From the NCBI GenBank assembly GCA_025360605.1, contig JANYBV010000047.1:2857-66856 (forward strand): a DNA stretch of 64,000 bases, written 5' to 3'. Positions 9,142-17,307 of this stretch are shown here, piece by piece. The DNA comes from Alphaproteobacteria bacterium. Lineage in GTDB: Bacteria > Pseudomonadota > Alphaproteobacteria > Rickettsiales > SXRF01. The notes beneath the pieces are model-generated. The model did not search any database. It was not told the origin of the DNA and worked only from the letters and a program-made list of their open reading frames with translations. Positions within the stretch are counted from its first letter, which is position 1, and every line of letters starts with the position of its first letter. The translations under genes and the position numbers were made by a program.

Positions 9142-10471
9142 GGCCAGCCTCCACTTCACTTGCGATTTCATTAAAGCTACGGCCGCTCGACGCATGGCGC
9201 GCCAGCTGCCCTGTATAAGCTTGGAAGCGACGAATGGTCGCATCGATATAGAGTGGGTCGAGTTCCATGCCATAACAGATGCGGCCAGCACGTTCGGATG
9301 CCATTAAAGTTGTGCCGCTGCCGATATAGGGATCGAGAATGATATCGCCACGAGCAGAGCAGTCCAATATCGCATCAACGACCATGGCAACAGGCTTCAC
9401 GGTGGGGTGCATGGCAAGCAAGTTGCCTTCATCACCTTTACGCGCGAAGGAATTAGCCCCAGCATATTGCCAGACATTCGTGCGGTAGCGCCCGTGCTTG
9501 CCTAATTCTACATTGTTGCGGTGAGGGGCTTTCCCATTTTTAAATACGGCAATGAGCTCATGTTGGCTGCGGTACAACGAGCCCATCCCACCGTTATCCT
9601 TGACCCAGACACAGATATTTTTTAGTTCGGTGTAAGCCGAGTTTCCAGCCTCGAGCAGTTCCCAGATACTTCGCCAATCCATGCAAATAAAATGCATACT
9701 GCCATCGGTGCTGTAACGGGTGAGCATGGTGCAGGTGCTGGTGAGAAACGATAAAAACTCCGTTTTGGTCATTTCACCCGAGGCCATCGCGAACTCACGA
9801 TGCCGGATTGCGCCCAGGCCACCGACATGCCCGTCGATCTTTACGTTATAAGGCGGGTCTGTGAAAACCATCGCGGCCTGTGCACCGTTCATGAGGGCTT
9901 CATAGTCGGCCTCTTCAAGAGCGTTCCCACAAAAAAGACGGTGCTTGCCCAGCACCCAGCGATCACCCAATTGCGTGACGGGCGGTCCGGCAGGTAATAG
10001 CGGCACTTGATCCGCCGGGTCATCTTTATTATTTGCGGCCGGTGACAGACCTTCGATCCGCAGGTCAATCTCACCCATGGTGAACCCCGTCACCTCTAAG
10101 CTAAAGTTGAGATCGGCAGCGGCGAGGATTTGGAATTGCTCCGCCAGTAATTCATCATTCCACTGTGCAATCTCGCACAGTTTATTGTCGGCGATCATGA
10201 AGGCACGGATTTGGTGTTCGCTCAGATGATCGAGGCAGATGGTTGGCACCTCTGTCAGCGCCATTTTCTGGGCAGCCAAATGACGTGCGTGGCCTGCAAT
10301 AATGGTTCCTGCGCTATCAATGACAATCGGGACGTTAAACCCGACGGCCTTAATGCTCTGCACCAACAACCGGATTTGCTGAGCGCTATGAACGCGAGGA
10401 TTTTTAGGATTTGGTTTTAATTCGTGGGTTGGGCGGTAGATGGCCGTGATCGGTGGTGTTTTGGGTGACAT
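9131..10471 (-). CDS. ParB-like nuclease domain fused to N6/N4 DNA methyltransferase (orphan MTase)
   Basis: N-terminal ParB-like region (NPKNPRVH...IIAGHARHLAA). MTase motif IV is VFTDPPYN and the SAM-binding motif is ILDPYIGSGTT. Confidence 0.85.
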   Translation of the reverse strand: MSPKTPPITAIYRPTHELKPNPKNPRVHSAQQIRLLVQSIKAVGFNVPIVIDSAGTIIAGHARHLAAQKMALTEVPTICLDHLSEHQIRAFMIADNKLCEIAQWNDELLAEQFQILAAADLNFSLEVTGFTMGEIDLRIEGLSPAANNKDDPADQVPLLPAGPPVTQLGDRWVLGKHRLFCGNALEEADYEALMNGAQAAMVFTDPPYNVKIDGHVGGLGAIRHREFAMASGEMTKTEFLSFLTSTCTMLTRYSTDGSMHFICMDWRSIWELLEAGNSAYTELKNICVWVKDNGGMGSLYRSQHELIAVFKNGKAPHRNNVELGKHGRYRTNVWQYAGANSFARKGDEGNLLAMHPTVKPVAMVVDAILDCSARGDIILDPYIGSGTTLMASERAGRICYGMELDPLYIDATIRRFQAYTGQLARHASSGRSFNEIASEVEAGHVK

Positions 10472-10555
10472 AATTCTCTCCTTCTGGTTATGAGCTTCAT
10501 GAGAAGCTCGAAGGGAATTATGTTGTTATTTAACGGGTCAGTTGAGTTCACCAAT

Positions 10556-11245
10556 TTATGAAATAGGTGAACCCAATCCAGATCCCAAGCGTACGCGGAC
10601 TAAATTATCCATATTTATCTGTATCTTGCTTTTTGGCAGCAGTTCTTCATAAAGCTCTGCTTTGCCAATAATATCGGCGATTATTGCTTGATCAAAAATC
10701 AAATCCCCTGCCGATGTTTGCTTACCCTCTTTAGCTGCTTGCTGCATATTAACCGCAAATGCCGCAGCCAAATGGATGACTGGTAAACTCGGGCGCCAAA
10801 CGCGCGTTTCAAAATTGTCGACATTTATTTCTTCACCGGCCTCTTCATCAACTAACTTTAGGGTTCGGACCAATTCATTGACAGATAGCCGTTTTGCATC
10901 AGGAGGAAGATCGGGCGGAATCTGTCCTGTCTCAGCCTCCTTAAGGAAGGCAATCGCCACATGTGCCGCTTGCAATCGGTGTTGAAGTTGTCGATTGATG
11001 GTATTCATATCCATCGCGACTGCCCCTAAATCATAAAATGCGTAAATCGGCTTGAGGCGCTGAGGTGTGTTGGCCCATTCTTCATCCCGTTTATATCGCT
11101 CCCTCAAAGCTTCGGCGCAGAGGATAGTATGATAACGACTACGCTTTTCTTCATCGCCAAGGCTCGGCGGCAGGGCTATGATAGTCGCCAGGGCCGCTCC
11201 GATTTCGTAGTCTTCCAAAGAATCGGGATCAAAGTTATAATACAC
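10556..11245 (-). CDS. hypothetical protein
   Basis: 229-aa ORF on the same strand as the MTase/terminase block. No recognisable motif. Confidence 0.5.
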   Translation of the reverse strand: MYYNFDPDSLEDYEIGAALATIIALPPSLGDEEKRSRYHTILCAEALRERYKRDEEWANTPQRLKPIYAFYDLGAVAMDMNTINRQLQHRLQAAHVAIAFLKEAETGQIPPDLPPDAKRLSVNELVRTLKLVDEEAGEEINVDNFETRVWRPSLPVIHLAAAFAVNMQQAAKEGKQTSAGDLIFDQAIIADIIGKAELYEELLPKSKIQINMDNLVRVRLGSGLGSPIS

Positions 11246-11567
11246 ACGGTGGCTCCAAAGAGAGGGATTTAACGATTATTCTCTATTTTACAGTATAACC
11301 TGATTACTCTGCCAATTTTTTTTGTACGCCTCCTCAAGCTATGACATAAACATAGAAAAGCCGGCGTTTAATGGAAGAGTATATTCATCTTTAACAGCGG
11401 TATCCCGTGTAAGTACTTGCGGACATTGGCCTGGGCCAAGATTTTTTGGATTAAAAAATGCTATTACAAGTTCCTGAGTGAATCCGTAGTCCTCACATAA
11501 CATCGATTATGGAAAAATTTAGATTGGACTTCCAAGTCTTGGCTGTGAGTCGCTAGAAGCCGTTTTC

Positions 11568-13286
11568 CTATGCAGTTTTTTTATTATCTTCAGATTTAAA
11601 ATTTGCGCGTTTTACAGGGATAAAACTAACGCATACGGAGTTATATTTGTGTAAGTTCGTCAGTTTCTCATGAGCAAGCTTTAACTCATATTTGGCCATC
11701 AAAGGTAAATCAATTTTTGTAGGTATCTTGGTGCTCTTATCGCAGTAGAGTAACCATAGTTTTACTTGATAATCACTGCCTTCCACGTCCTTTAGTTTTT
11801 CTTTGATGTGTTTAAGAAACTTGGCTTTTAAAGGATGTGTCGAATCACTGATGAAAGCGCGAATTTCTTTTAAAAAAGTTTCATCGGAAATGAAAGACTC
11901 ACAGTAAAATCTAGTCTGCGAAAAGAGATAATTTATCGAGCTTGTTCCACTAAGTTGCTTTACTTGAATAATTGATGCAGATCCCTCTCCAATTTCTAAA
12001 ATATCACAAAACTCTTTGTCTTTTTTCCCTTGCCCAACTCTTAATTTTGCCTGATCGAATACTAAGGCATTGGGATTAGAAGTAGCATACATTCGGTTGA
12101 AAACTGCTTCTTTGTTTTTCTTTTCGTCCATTACGGCAATATTAATATTATGATATTTTTTAGGAACCGGTTCTTCGATCAAAACGTTCTTGATATAATC
12201 CTCAATTGACTTGTAGAAATCGTTTTCTACTTTCTGCCAAACACCTTCTGACAGAATAAAATATTCTGAACTTAGTTTAATTTCCGCTATAATGCAGGTA
12301 TATAGAGGCCAGGATTTATGGTCGAGTACTTGCTCCTCAGCATGTGAATATGCATAAACGTCATTTGATTTTAGCTTTTTTATTTCTAATTCTGCCAAAT
12401 CAAAAATTTCGTCAAGATGCTCGACTCTAAGATGGGAGTGAATGGCATTATTCTTTTTAGCATAGTTGGTATAAGCGAAGCTGTATTCATCGTCCTCAAT
12501 AAAATCTGGAATAGCTAAATGAATTAGCTCAAAATTCTTTTTCTTAAGCTTCTTAAGAAGCAAAGAATCTAGCTCGTCTGCTTTTTCTTCCGTTACTGGC
12601 TGCAGATTAAAATAATTAGGGAATTCTTTTTTATAACGTTTTCCCTTATATTGTTTAATAAAATCCTCAGCGTAATCTAACACGTTGTCCCAAGATAACT
12701 TTTCTTCATCGTTTATCTTAATCGAAAGACTATCTTTTCCTTGCAGGGTTATATGACGGCGGTCCTCAACATGCGCTGAGATATATTTTAAGAATTCAGT
12801 TTCACTTAACCCAAAGCTTGATGAATCAGTGGGTATACTAATTTGACGATCAATTTGTTGAGTGTTTAGTGAATGTGTCCGGCTTTTAGTCTGCCGCAGC
12901 TCCTGGTTTCCACACATATTCATTGCTGTTTTAATTCCAAAATCTGGCAAAAACATTGTTTTATTTAATAGGCTGGCTCCACCAATACCAAAACATGCGG
13001 CCAGAATATTATTTCCAAGTTGGATAAGGAGCAATCCATTAGCTCGTTTGCTATGACCGCTAAATTGGATTGGCTGATCAGTCAGTTGTTCGTTTGCGAA
13101 ATCAAGCCAGGGGGGATTTGAGGTTCTCTTCTCAGTGGCAAAAAAATAGAATCTGACATTGGCATTTTTTACCTTAAAAGACCTCTCCTGATAATCTTTT
13201 AGCCGCGAATGACTTCTTAATGCTGTCTCAAAGGTGGTGCTGGGTCTGGCCAGAAAGAAAGAAATTGTACCCAATCCGATAGGCAT
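11568..13286 (-). CDS. TIGR04141/DUF6119-like sporadically distributed protein with a possible C-terminal PD-(D/E)xK-like motif
   Basis: 572-aa AT-rich ORF with a strong AGGAGA RBS. N-terminal pattern ...PPWLDF...ILAACFGIGG...DFGIK... and C-terminal ...EFCDILEI...SIIQVKQLSGTSSINYLFSQ. The family call is from memory. Confidence 0.5.
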   Translation of the reverse strand: MPIGLGTISFFLARPSTTFETALRSHSRLKDYQERSFKVKNANVRFYFFATEKRTSNPPWLDFANEQLTDQPIQFSGHSKRANGLLLIQLGNNILAACFGIGGASLLNKTMFLPDFGIKTAMNMCGNQELRQTKSRTHSLNTQQIDRQISIPTDSSSFGLSETEFLKYISAHVEDRRHITLQGKDSLSIKINDEEKLSWDNVLDYAEDFIKQYKGKRYKKEFPNYFNLQPVTEEKADELDSLLLKKLKKKNFELIHLAIPDFIEDDEYSFAYTNYAKKNNAIHSHLRVEHLDEIFDLAELEIKKLKSNDVYAYSHAEEQVLDHKSWPLYTCIIAEIKLSSEYFILSEGVWQKVENDFYKSIEDYIKNVLIEEPVPKKYHNINIAVMDEKKNKEAVFNRMYATSNPNALVFDQAKLRVGQGKKDKEFCDILEIGEGSASIIQVKQLSGTSSINYLFSQTRFYCESFISDETFLKEIRAFISDSTHPLKAKFLKHIKEKLKDVEGSDYQVKLWLLYCDKSTKIPTKIDLPLMAKYELKLAHEKLTNLHKYNSVCVSFIPVKRANFKSEDNKKTA

Positions 13287-13319
13287 AAGTGAATCTCCTA
13301 GTATTTTCGGCCTGTTGAA

Positions 13320-13766
13320 TCAGTTTAGCTTTAATAATCTACACGCCAATTCTTTTGTCTGCCATTTTGTTGCAAAGGTATCAGAAACCTCGAACCATTT
13401 TCCGCTAGGATTTTGAGAGCCATGATGCTCTCCCAAACAAGAACACTCACATTCATGCCCACGGGCCTCCCAGCATGCTCGAGCGCATTTCTCTTGCTTT
13501 CTATGGGGTTGAATAATGTATAATTTTCCCCAGCGACGAAGGAGGCGGTTTACAAGGTCATTGAACCAACTGGCTGGTAATTCCCAATAATTTTTATTAC
13601 CAGGCAGCCACTTGGGTTTACGATGCTTTTGATTTCTAAGCCAATCATAATTACCATTCACATAAGGAAGACGAAGTAACAAAGGATAGCCTGGGCCACG
13701 CCTAAAGATCACCGGCACGGTTTTTTGTAGCCATATTCCCTCTATCTTTTCTCTATCGTCGAGCAT
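13320..13766 (-). CDS. hypothetical Cys/His-rich protein
   Basis: ~148-aa ORF (ATG 13766, or GTG 13772). It has the cluster KCARACWEARGHECECSCLGEHHG and lies 34 nt upstream of the 572-aa gene. Confidence 0.5.
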   Translation of the reverse strand: MLDDREKIEGIWLQKTVPVIFRRGPGYPLLLRLPYVNGNYDWLRNQKHRKPKWLPGNKNYWELPASWFNDLVNRLLRRWGKLYIIQPHRKQEKCARACWEARGHECECSCLGEHHGSQNPSGKWFEVSDTFATKWQTKELACRLLKLN

Positions 13767-13771
13767 TGTCA

Positions 13772-14446
13772 CTATCTAACCCTATCTTGCTTAAAACTAG
13801 GACAGTCATAGCTGGTGGGACAAAATCGCTTATAGGCCGCTATCCAGTCAGTAGCGATAGCCTTCTGTGCTTCTGCTATGTCTATGGCCTCGCTACAGAC
13901 AAGTGTATGGAGTTTGAGTTCCAACCGATCCTTCACAGAAGCATTCCAGGTATCTGTATCATACGATTCGGGCCACAGATTCTCTGCTACATCAGCACCG
14001 CCAATGCTAAGGGGGATAAGGTGATCGATTTCGTAATGCCCAGCCTTGCGATCAATGCCGTATTCTCGATAAATCCTGGCTTTTAGCTTACCTGAAGTGT
14101 GACGAACACTCTTTGAGTATCCAGGCTGGCATATCTCGCTTACATCTACTGACCTCACTGCGCCTGGCGTCATCTTGGGGTCAGGAAGTATGGGATCTCC
14201 AGCAAATGCCTGCTGTGTATCCACTGAAAGTACCAGAAAAATAACGGCACTAAAAAATAGGTGCTTACCAAGTCTGTACAATACCGCAGCGACAACGATA
14301 ATCAGGAGAATTCCGCCATTGATAGCGGTCCACAATTCACCAATTTTGGGGAAGAACACCCAGCCAAAATTAAGAAGCCCCAGGACAAGTAGTAAGACCA
14401 CCAGAAAATAATCTGACCCTGTGATTTTATTAATTAATTTGCGCAT
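13772..14446 (-). CDS. membrane-anchored HNH endonuclease-family protein
   Basis: Hydrophobic N-terminal segments, then ...ICQPGYSKSVRH...YEIDHLIPLSIGGADVAENLWPE...KDRLE.... Its ATG overlaps the upstream stop (TGATG). Confidence 0.7.
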   Translation of the reverse strand: MRKLINKITGSDYFLVVLLLVLGLLNFGWVFFPKIGELWTAINGGILLIIVVAAVLYRLGKHLFFSAVIFLVLSVDTQQAFAGDPILPDPKMTPGAVRSVDVSEICQPGYSKSVRHTSGKLKARIYREYGIDRKAGHYEIDHLIPLSIGGADVAENLWPESYDTDTWNASVKDRLELKLHTLVCSEAIDIAEAQKAIATDWIAAYKRFCPTSYDCPSFKQDRVR

Positions 14447-14643
14447 CAATTCAGCTTCCCTTGACTTTTGACACTGCGCAAATCTTCAATGGCACTCATA
14501 ATGGATAACCAAACCCCAGATCCTTTGACATCATCTTGTTCAATGAGCGCTAGCATCTGCTGAAAGGCGTAATCTTCTGCCTTGCCCCCATGCTGCTTAA
14601 TGAGCAATTGTGCGGATATAAATATATCTTTTTGACTAACCAT
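14446..14643 (-). CDS. small hypothetical protein (65 aa from ATG 14643)
   Basis: First ORF of the minus-strand cluster and translationally coupled to the HNH gene. No known motif. Confidence 0.4.
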   Translation of the reverse strand: MVSQKDIFISAQLLIKQHGGKAEDYAFQQMLALIEQDDVKGSGVWLSIMSAIEDLRSVKSQGKLN

Positions 14644-14753
14644 ATATTCATCATACGGAATTTTTGATGTCCCGGAAGGGTAAAAATTAAACTGGAAAAA
14701 CAAGGATATACTGTTAAGGTGCCAATATAACCTATAGATGTTTATAGAGTCGC

Positions 14754-15689
14754 ATGCTCAAGGAACTCATCAATGATATTGCCGAGCATTACCTCGATGC
14801 AAAAACATCGAAAAATGAACGCGTAGCGAATTTATTAAAGAAGCAAGCCCCAGTTGAGTTGCAAAAACATCTGGCTTCAATTCAGCATGAGTTGTTGCCA
14901 AAGGGCAGCCACGGCAATGGGAACTGGTCGGCAGTGCCATGGTTTGCAGTTTTTGAGCCAACGGTTACTACGAGCGCACAGCGTGGCTATTATGTAGTCT
15001 ATCTATTCTCCGCCGATATGAAGCATCTGTACCTATCCATGAATCAGGGTGCCACGAAGGTACAGGAAGAGTTTGGAGCACAGGCTCATGAAATATTGCG
15101 GGCACGTGCCAGTATATTGAGAGCGCGGGCTCCTCAATTTAAGAAGAGCTTTTCAAGCGATCCTATTGATCTCGGCTCTAACAGAAACCTGCCTTCGGGT
15201 TATGAAGCCGGGCATACCTTCGGCAAAGAATATGCTTTACCTCTTCAGGTTAGCGAAGCTGAGTTGGCTCAGGATCTGCAGGCGATCGTTAAACTATACC
15301 TAGAGATCATTGGACGTGGTGGGCTCGAGCTTCCGGTAGAAGTTGAGGATAGCCAGAGCGATAATGATGATTGGACGAGCAGTGAAAAGCCACGCTATCG
15401 CCAACACCGGACTTTAGAACGCAATCGCAGTGCCAGTAAAAAAGCCAAACAATGCCATGGCACGGTCTGCCAGGGCTGCGGCTTTGATTTTAGCAAAAAA
15501 TATGGCGTTATTGGTGATGGCTATATCGAAGCCCATCATCTGACTCCGATTTCAGAGCTGCCAAAAGATTTAAAGACGGATCTGAATGTAAAAGAGCATT
15601 TTGCTGTGCTCTGCGCCAATTGTCATCGGATGATGCATCGGAAAAATGGGCCCAAAACGATCCGCGAACTGAAGGCAATCCTTCAATAA
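14754..15689 (+). CDS. DUF3578 (McrB-N-like DNA-binding) + HNH nuclease fusion; candidate Type IV (modification-dependent) restriction enzyme
   Basis: N-terminal GSHGNGNWSAVPWFAVF...GYYVVYLFSADMKHLYLSMNQG. The C-terminal HNH is CQGCGFDF...YIEAHHLTPISE...AVLCANCHRMMH. Confidence 0.7.
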   Translation: MLKELINDIAEHYLDAKTSKNERVANLLKKQAPVELQKHLASIQHELLPKGSHGNGNWSAVPWFAVFEPTVTTSAQRGYYVVYLFSADMKHLYLSMNQGATKVQEEFGAQAHEILRARASILRARAPQFKKSFSSDPIDLGSNRNLPSGYEAGHTFGKEYALPLQVSEAELAQDLQAIVKLYLEIIGRGGLELPVEVEDSQSDNDDWTSSEKPRYRQHRTLERNRSASKKAKQCHGTVCQGCGFDFSKKYGVIGDGYIEAHHLTPISELPKDLKTDLNVKEHFAVLCANCHRMMHRKNGPKTIRELKAILQ

Positions 15690-15703
15690 TAGAGAGAACG
15701 CAT

Positions 15704-17098
15704 ATGAAATACATATTCTACGATACCGAAACCACCGGTCTTGAGGTGGCATATGATCAGATATTGCAGTTTGCGGCTCTTGAGGTGGATGAGGACCTAA
15801 ACGAAATTAATTCCATCAATATTCGCTGCCGGATCCTGCCTTATATAGTTCCGTCACCGGGTGCGTTGCTGGTAACTGGCGTCTCCCCAAAGGATCTTGT
15901 GGCGCCTAACTATTCTCATCGGGATATGGCCGGTGAGATACGTGATTGGATCATCCGATGCTCGCCCTGTATGTTGGTGGGCCATAATAGCATTAAGTTT
16001 GACGAAACATTCTTGCGGCATGCGTTTTATAGAACGCTCCACCCGCTTTATCTCACGAATACGAATGGCAATAATCGTGCGGATACTATGCGCATGGCCC
16101 AAGCAGCTGCGATTTTTGCGCCAGGCAGCATCACGGTACCCTTATCCGAAAAAGGGAATCCATCCTTTCGACTTGGCAACCTAGCACGTGCCAACGGCAT
16201 TGATTTCAAGGAAGAGGATGCACATGATGCGCTGGCAGACGTGCGGGCAACCCTAGAGCTGGCAAAACTTTTACGCAGACGTGCCCCTGAAATCTGGGAG
16301 CAGATGCTCAATAACTCCACTAAGAAGACGGCATTGACATTCATGCGCAGTAATCCTGCATTTTGTTTAGCAGAGGTCAACTATGGCAAGGCGTCTACCT
16401 ATTTGGTATCCGCGATAACTAACAATCCCAATTATGACGCTGAGATGGCTGTCTTCGACCTGCGTTATAATCCCAATGATTACTTGAACTGTTCGGTTGA
16501 GGAGCTTGTGGCCGTAATGAAGGGCAAAGAAAAGGCCATACGGATAGTACCCGCCAATAGTCAGCCCATCATAGTAAATACCGCGATTGGCCATGCTATC
16601 CTTGAGGAAAACGGTACGGATCCAGAAGTGTTACGTCAGCATATCGAGCTGATTCAAGCTGCAAAAGAGTTCAGGCAACGGGTAGCAACAGCGCTCACTA
16701 TGCGATATGAGGATGAAGAAACATCACCGCATGTTGAGAAAGCAATATATCAAGGTTTTCCGTCACGGGCTGACGAATCAATCATGATGTCCTTTCATAA
16801 AGCGCCGGCAGAGGAAAAGAGCGCCTTGTGTCATAAATTACAGGATACTCGCTATAGAGAAATGGCCCTGAGGTTGATATATGCCGACCACCTGGATCAT
16901 ATGGACCCTGTCGATAGACACAGAATAGAAAAAGATTTTCAGGATCGTCTGCTGACAGAAGAGAAGATGCCATGGCTTACGATACCTGCTGCCTTTAAAG
17001 AACTTAAAGAGCTGAGAGAGCAGGGGGATAAATTAGAACTGCTAGCAGAAATCGAAGTTTTTATTGAAGGAATGCGGCAGCGTTTTACAGCCATCTGA
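15704..17098 (+). CDS. sbcB: exodeoxyribonuclease I (SbcB-like DEDDh 3'-5' ssDNA exonuclease)
   Basis: Motifs FYDTETTG..., ...GHNSIKFDE..., ...PSFRLGNLARANGI...AHDALADV..., with full-length collinearity to E. coli ExoI as I recall it. ATG 15704 is preceded by AGAGAGA. Confidence 0.85.
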   Translation: MKYIFYDTETTGLEVAYDQILQFAALEVDEDLNEINSINIRCRILPYIVPSPGALLVTGVSPKDLVAPNYSHRDMAGEIRDWIIRCSPCMLVGHNSIKFDETFLRHAFYRTLHPLYLTNTNGNNRADTMRMAQAAAIFAPGSITVPLSEKGNPSFRLGNLARANGIDFKEEDAHDALADVRATLELAKLLRRRAPEIWEQMLNNSTKKTALTFMRSNPAFCLAEVNYGKASTYLVSAITNNPNYDAEMAVFDLRYNPNDYLNCSVEELVAVMKGKEKAIRIVPANSQPIIVNTAIGHAILEENGTDPEVLRQHIELIQAAKEFRQRVATALTMRYEDEETSPHVEKAIYQGFPSRADESIMMSFHKAPAEEKSALCHKLQDTRYREMALRLIYADHLDHMDPVDRHRIEKDFQDRLLTEEKMPWLTIPAAFKELKELREQGDKLELLAEIEVFIEGMRQRFTAI

Positions 17099-17307
17099 TC
17101 GCCTACTGCCAGTTTGATAAGCACATCGAAATATTGGTCGGCAAGGTCGTTCGAGAAAGATCGTGTTTTGAGGTAGGCAAGATCTATTATGACTGCGTTG
17201 GGCTAAGTCGATTATAATGATAATTCGCTTCAAAACTTTATTTTAGCGTATATGGTGATTTAAGAATTGATTGCACTATCAACTAATTAGCGGAAATCGT
17301 AAAAAAT

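Noticed and set aside
11521-11560. A possible third copy of the 22.2/27.2-kb repeat (TTGGACTTCCAAGTCTTGGCT, which also contains a palindrome).
   Set aside because: Only the 7-nt TGGACTT block is shared and the 17-nt core is absent. The similarity is at chance level.
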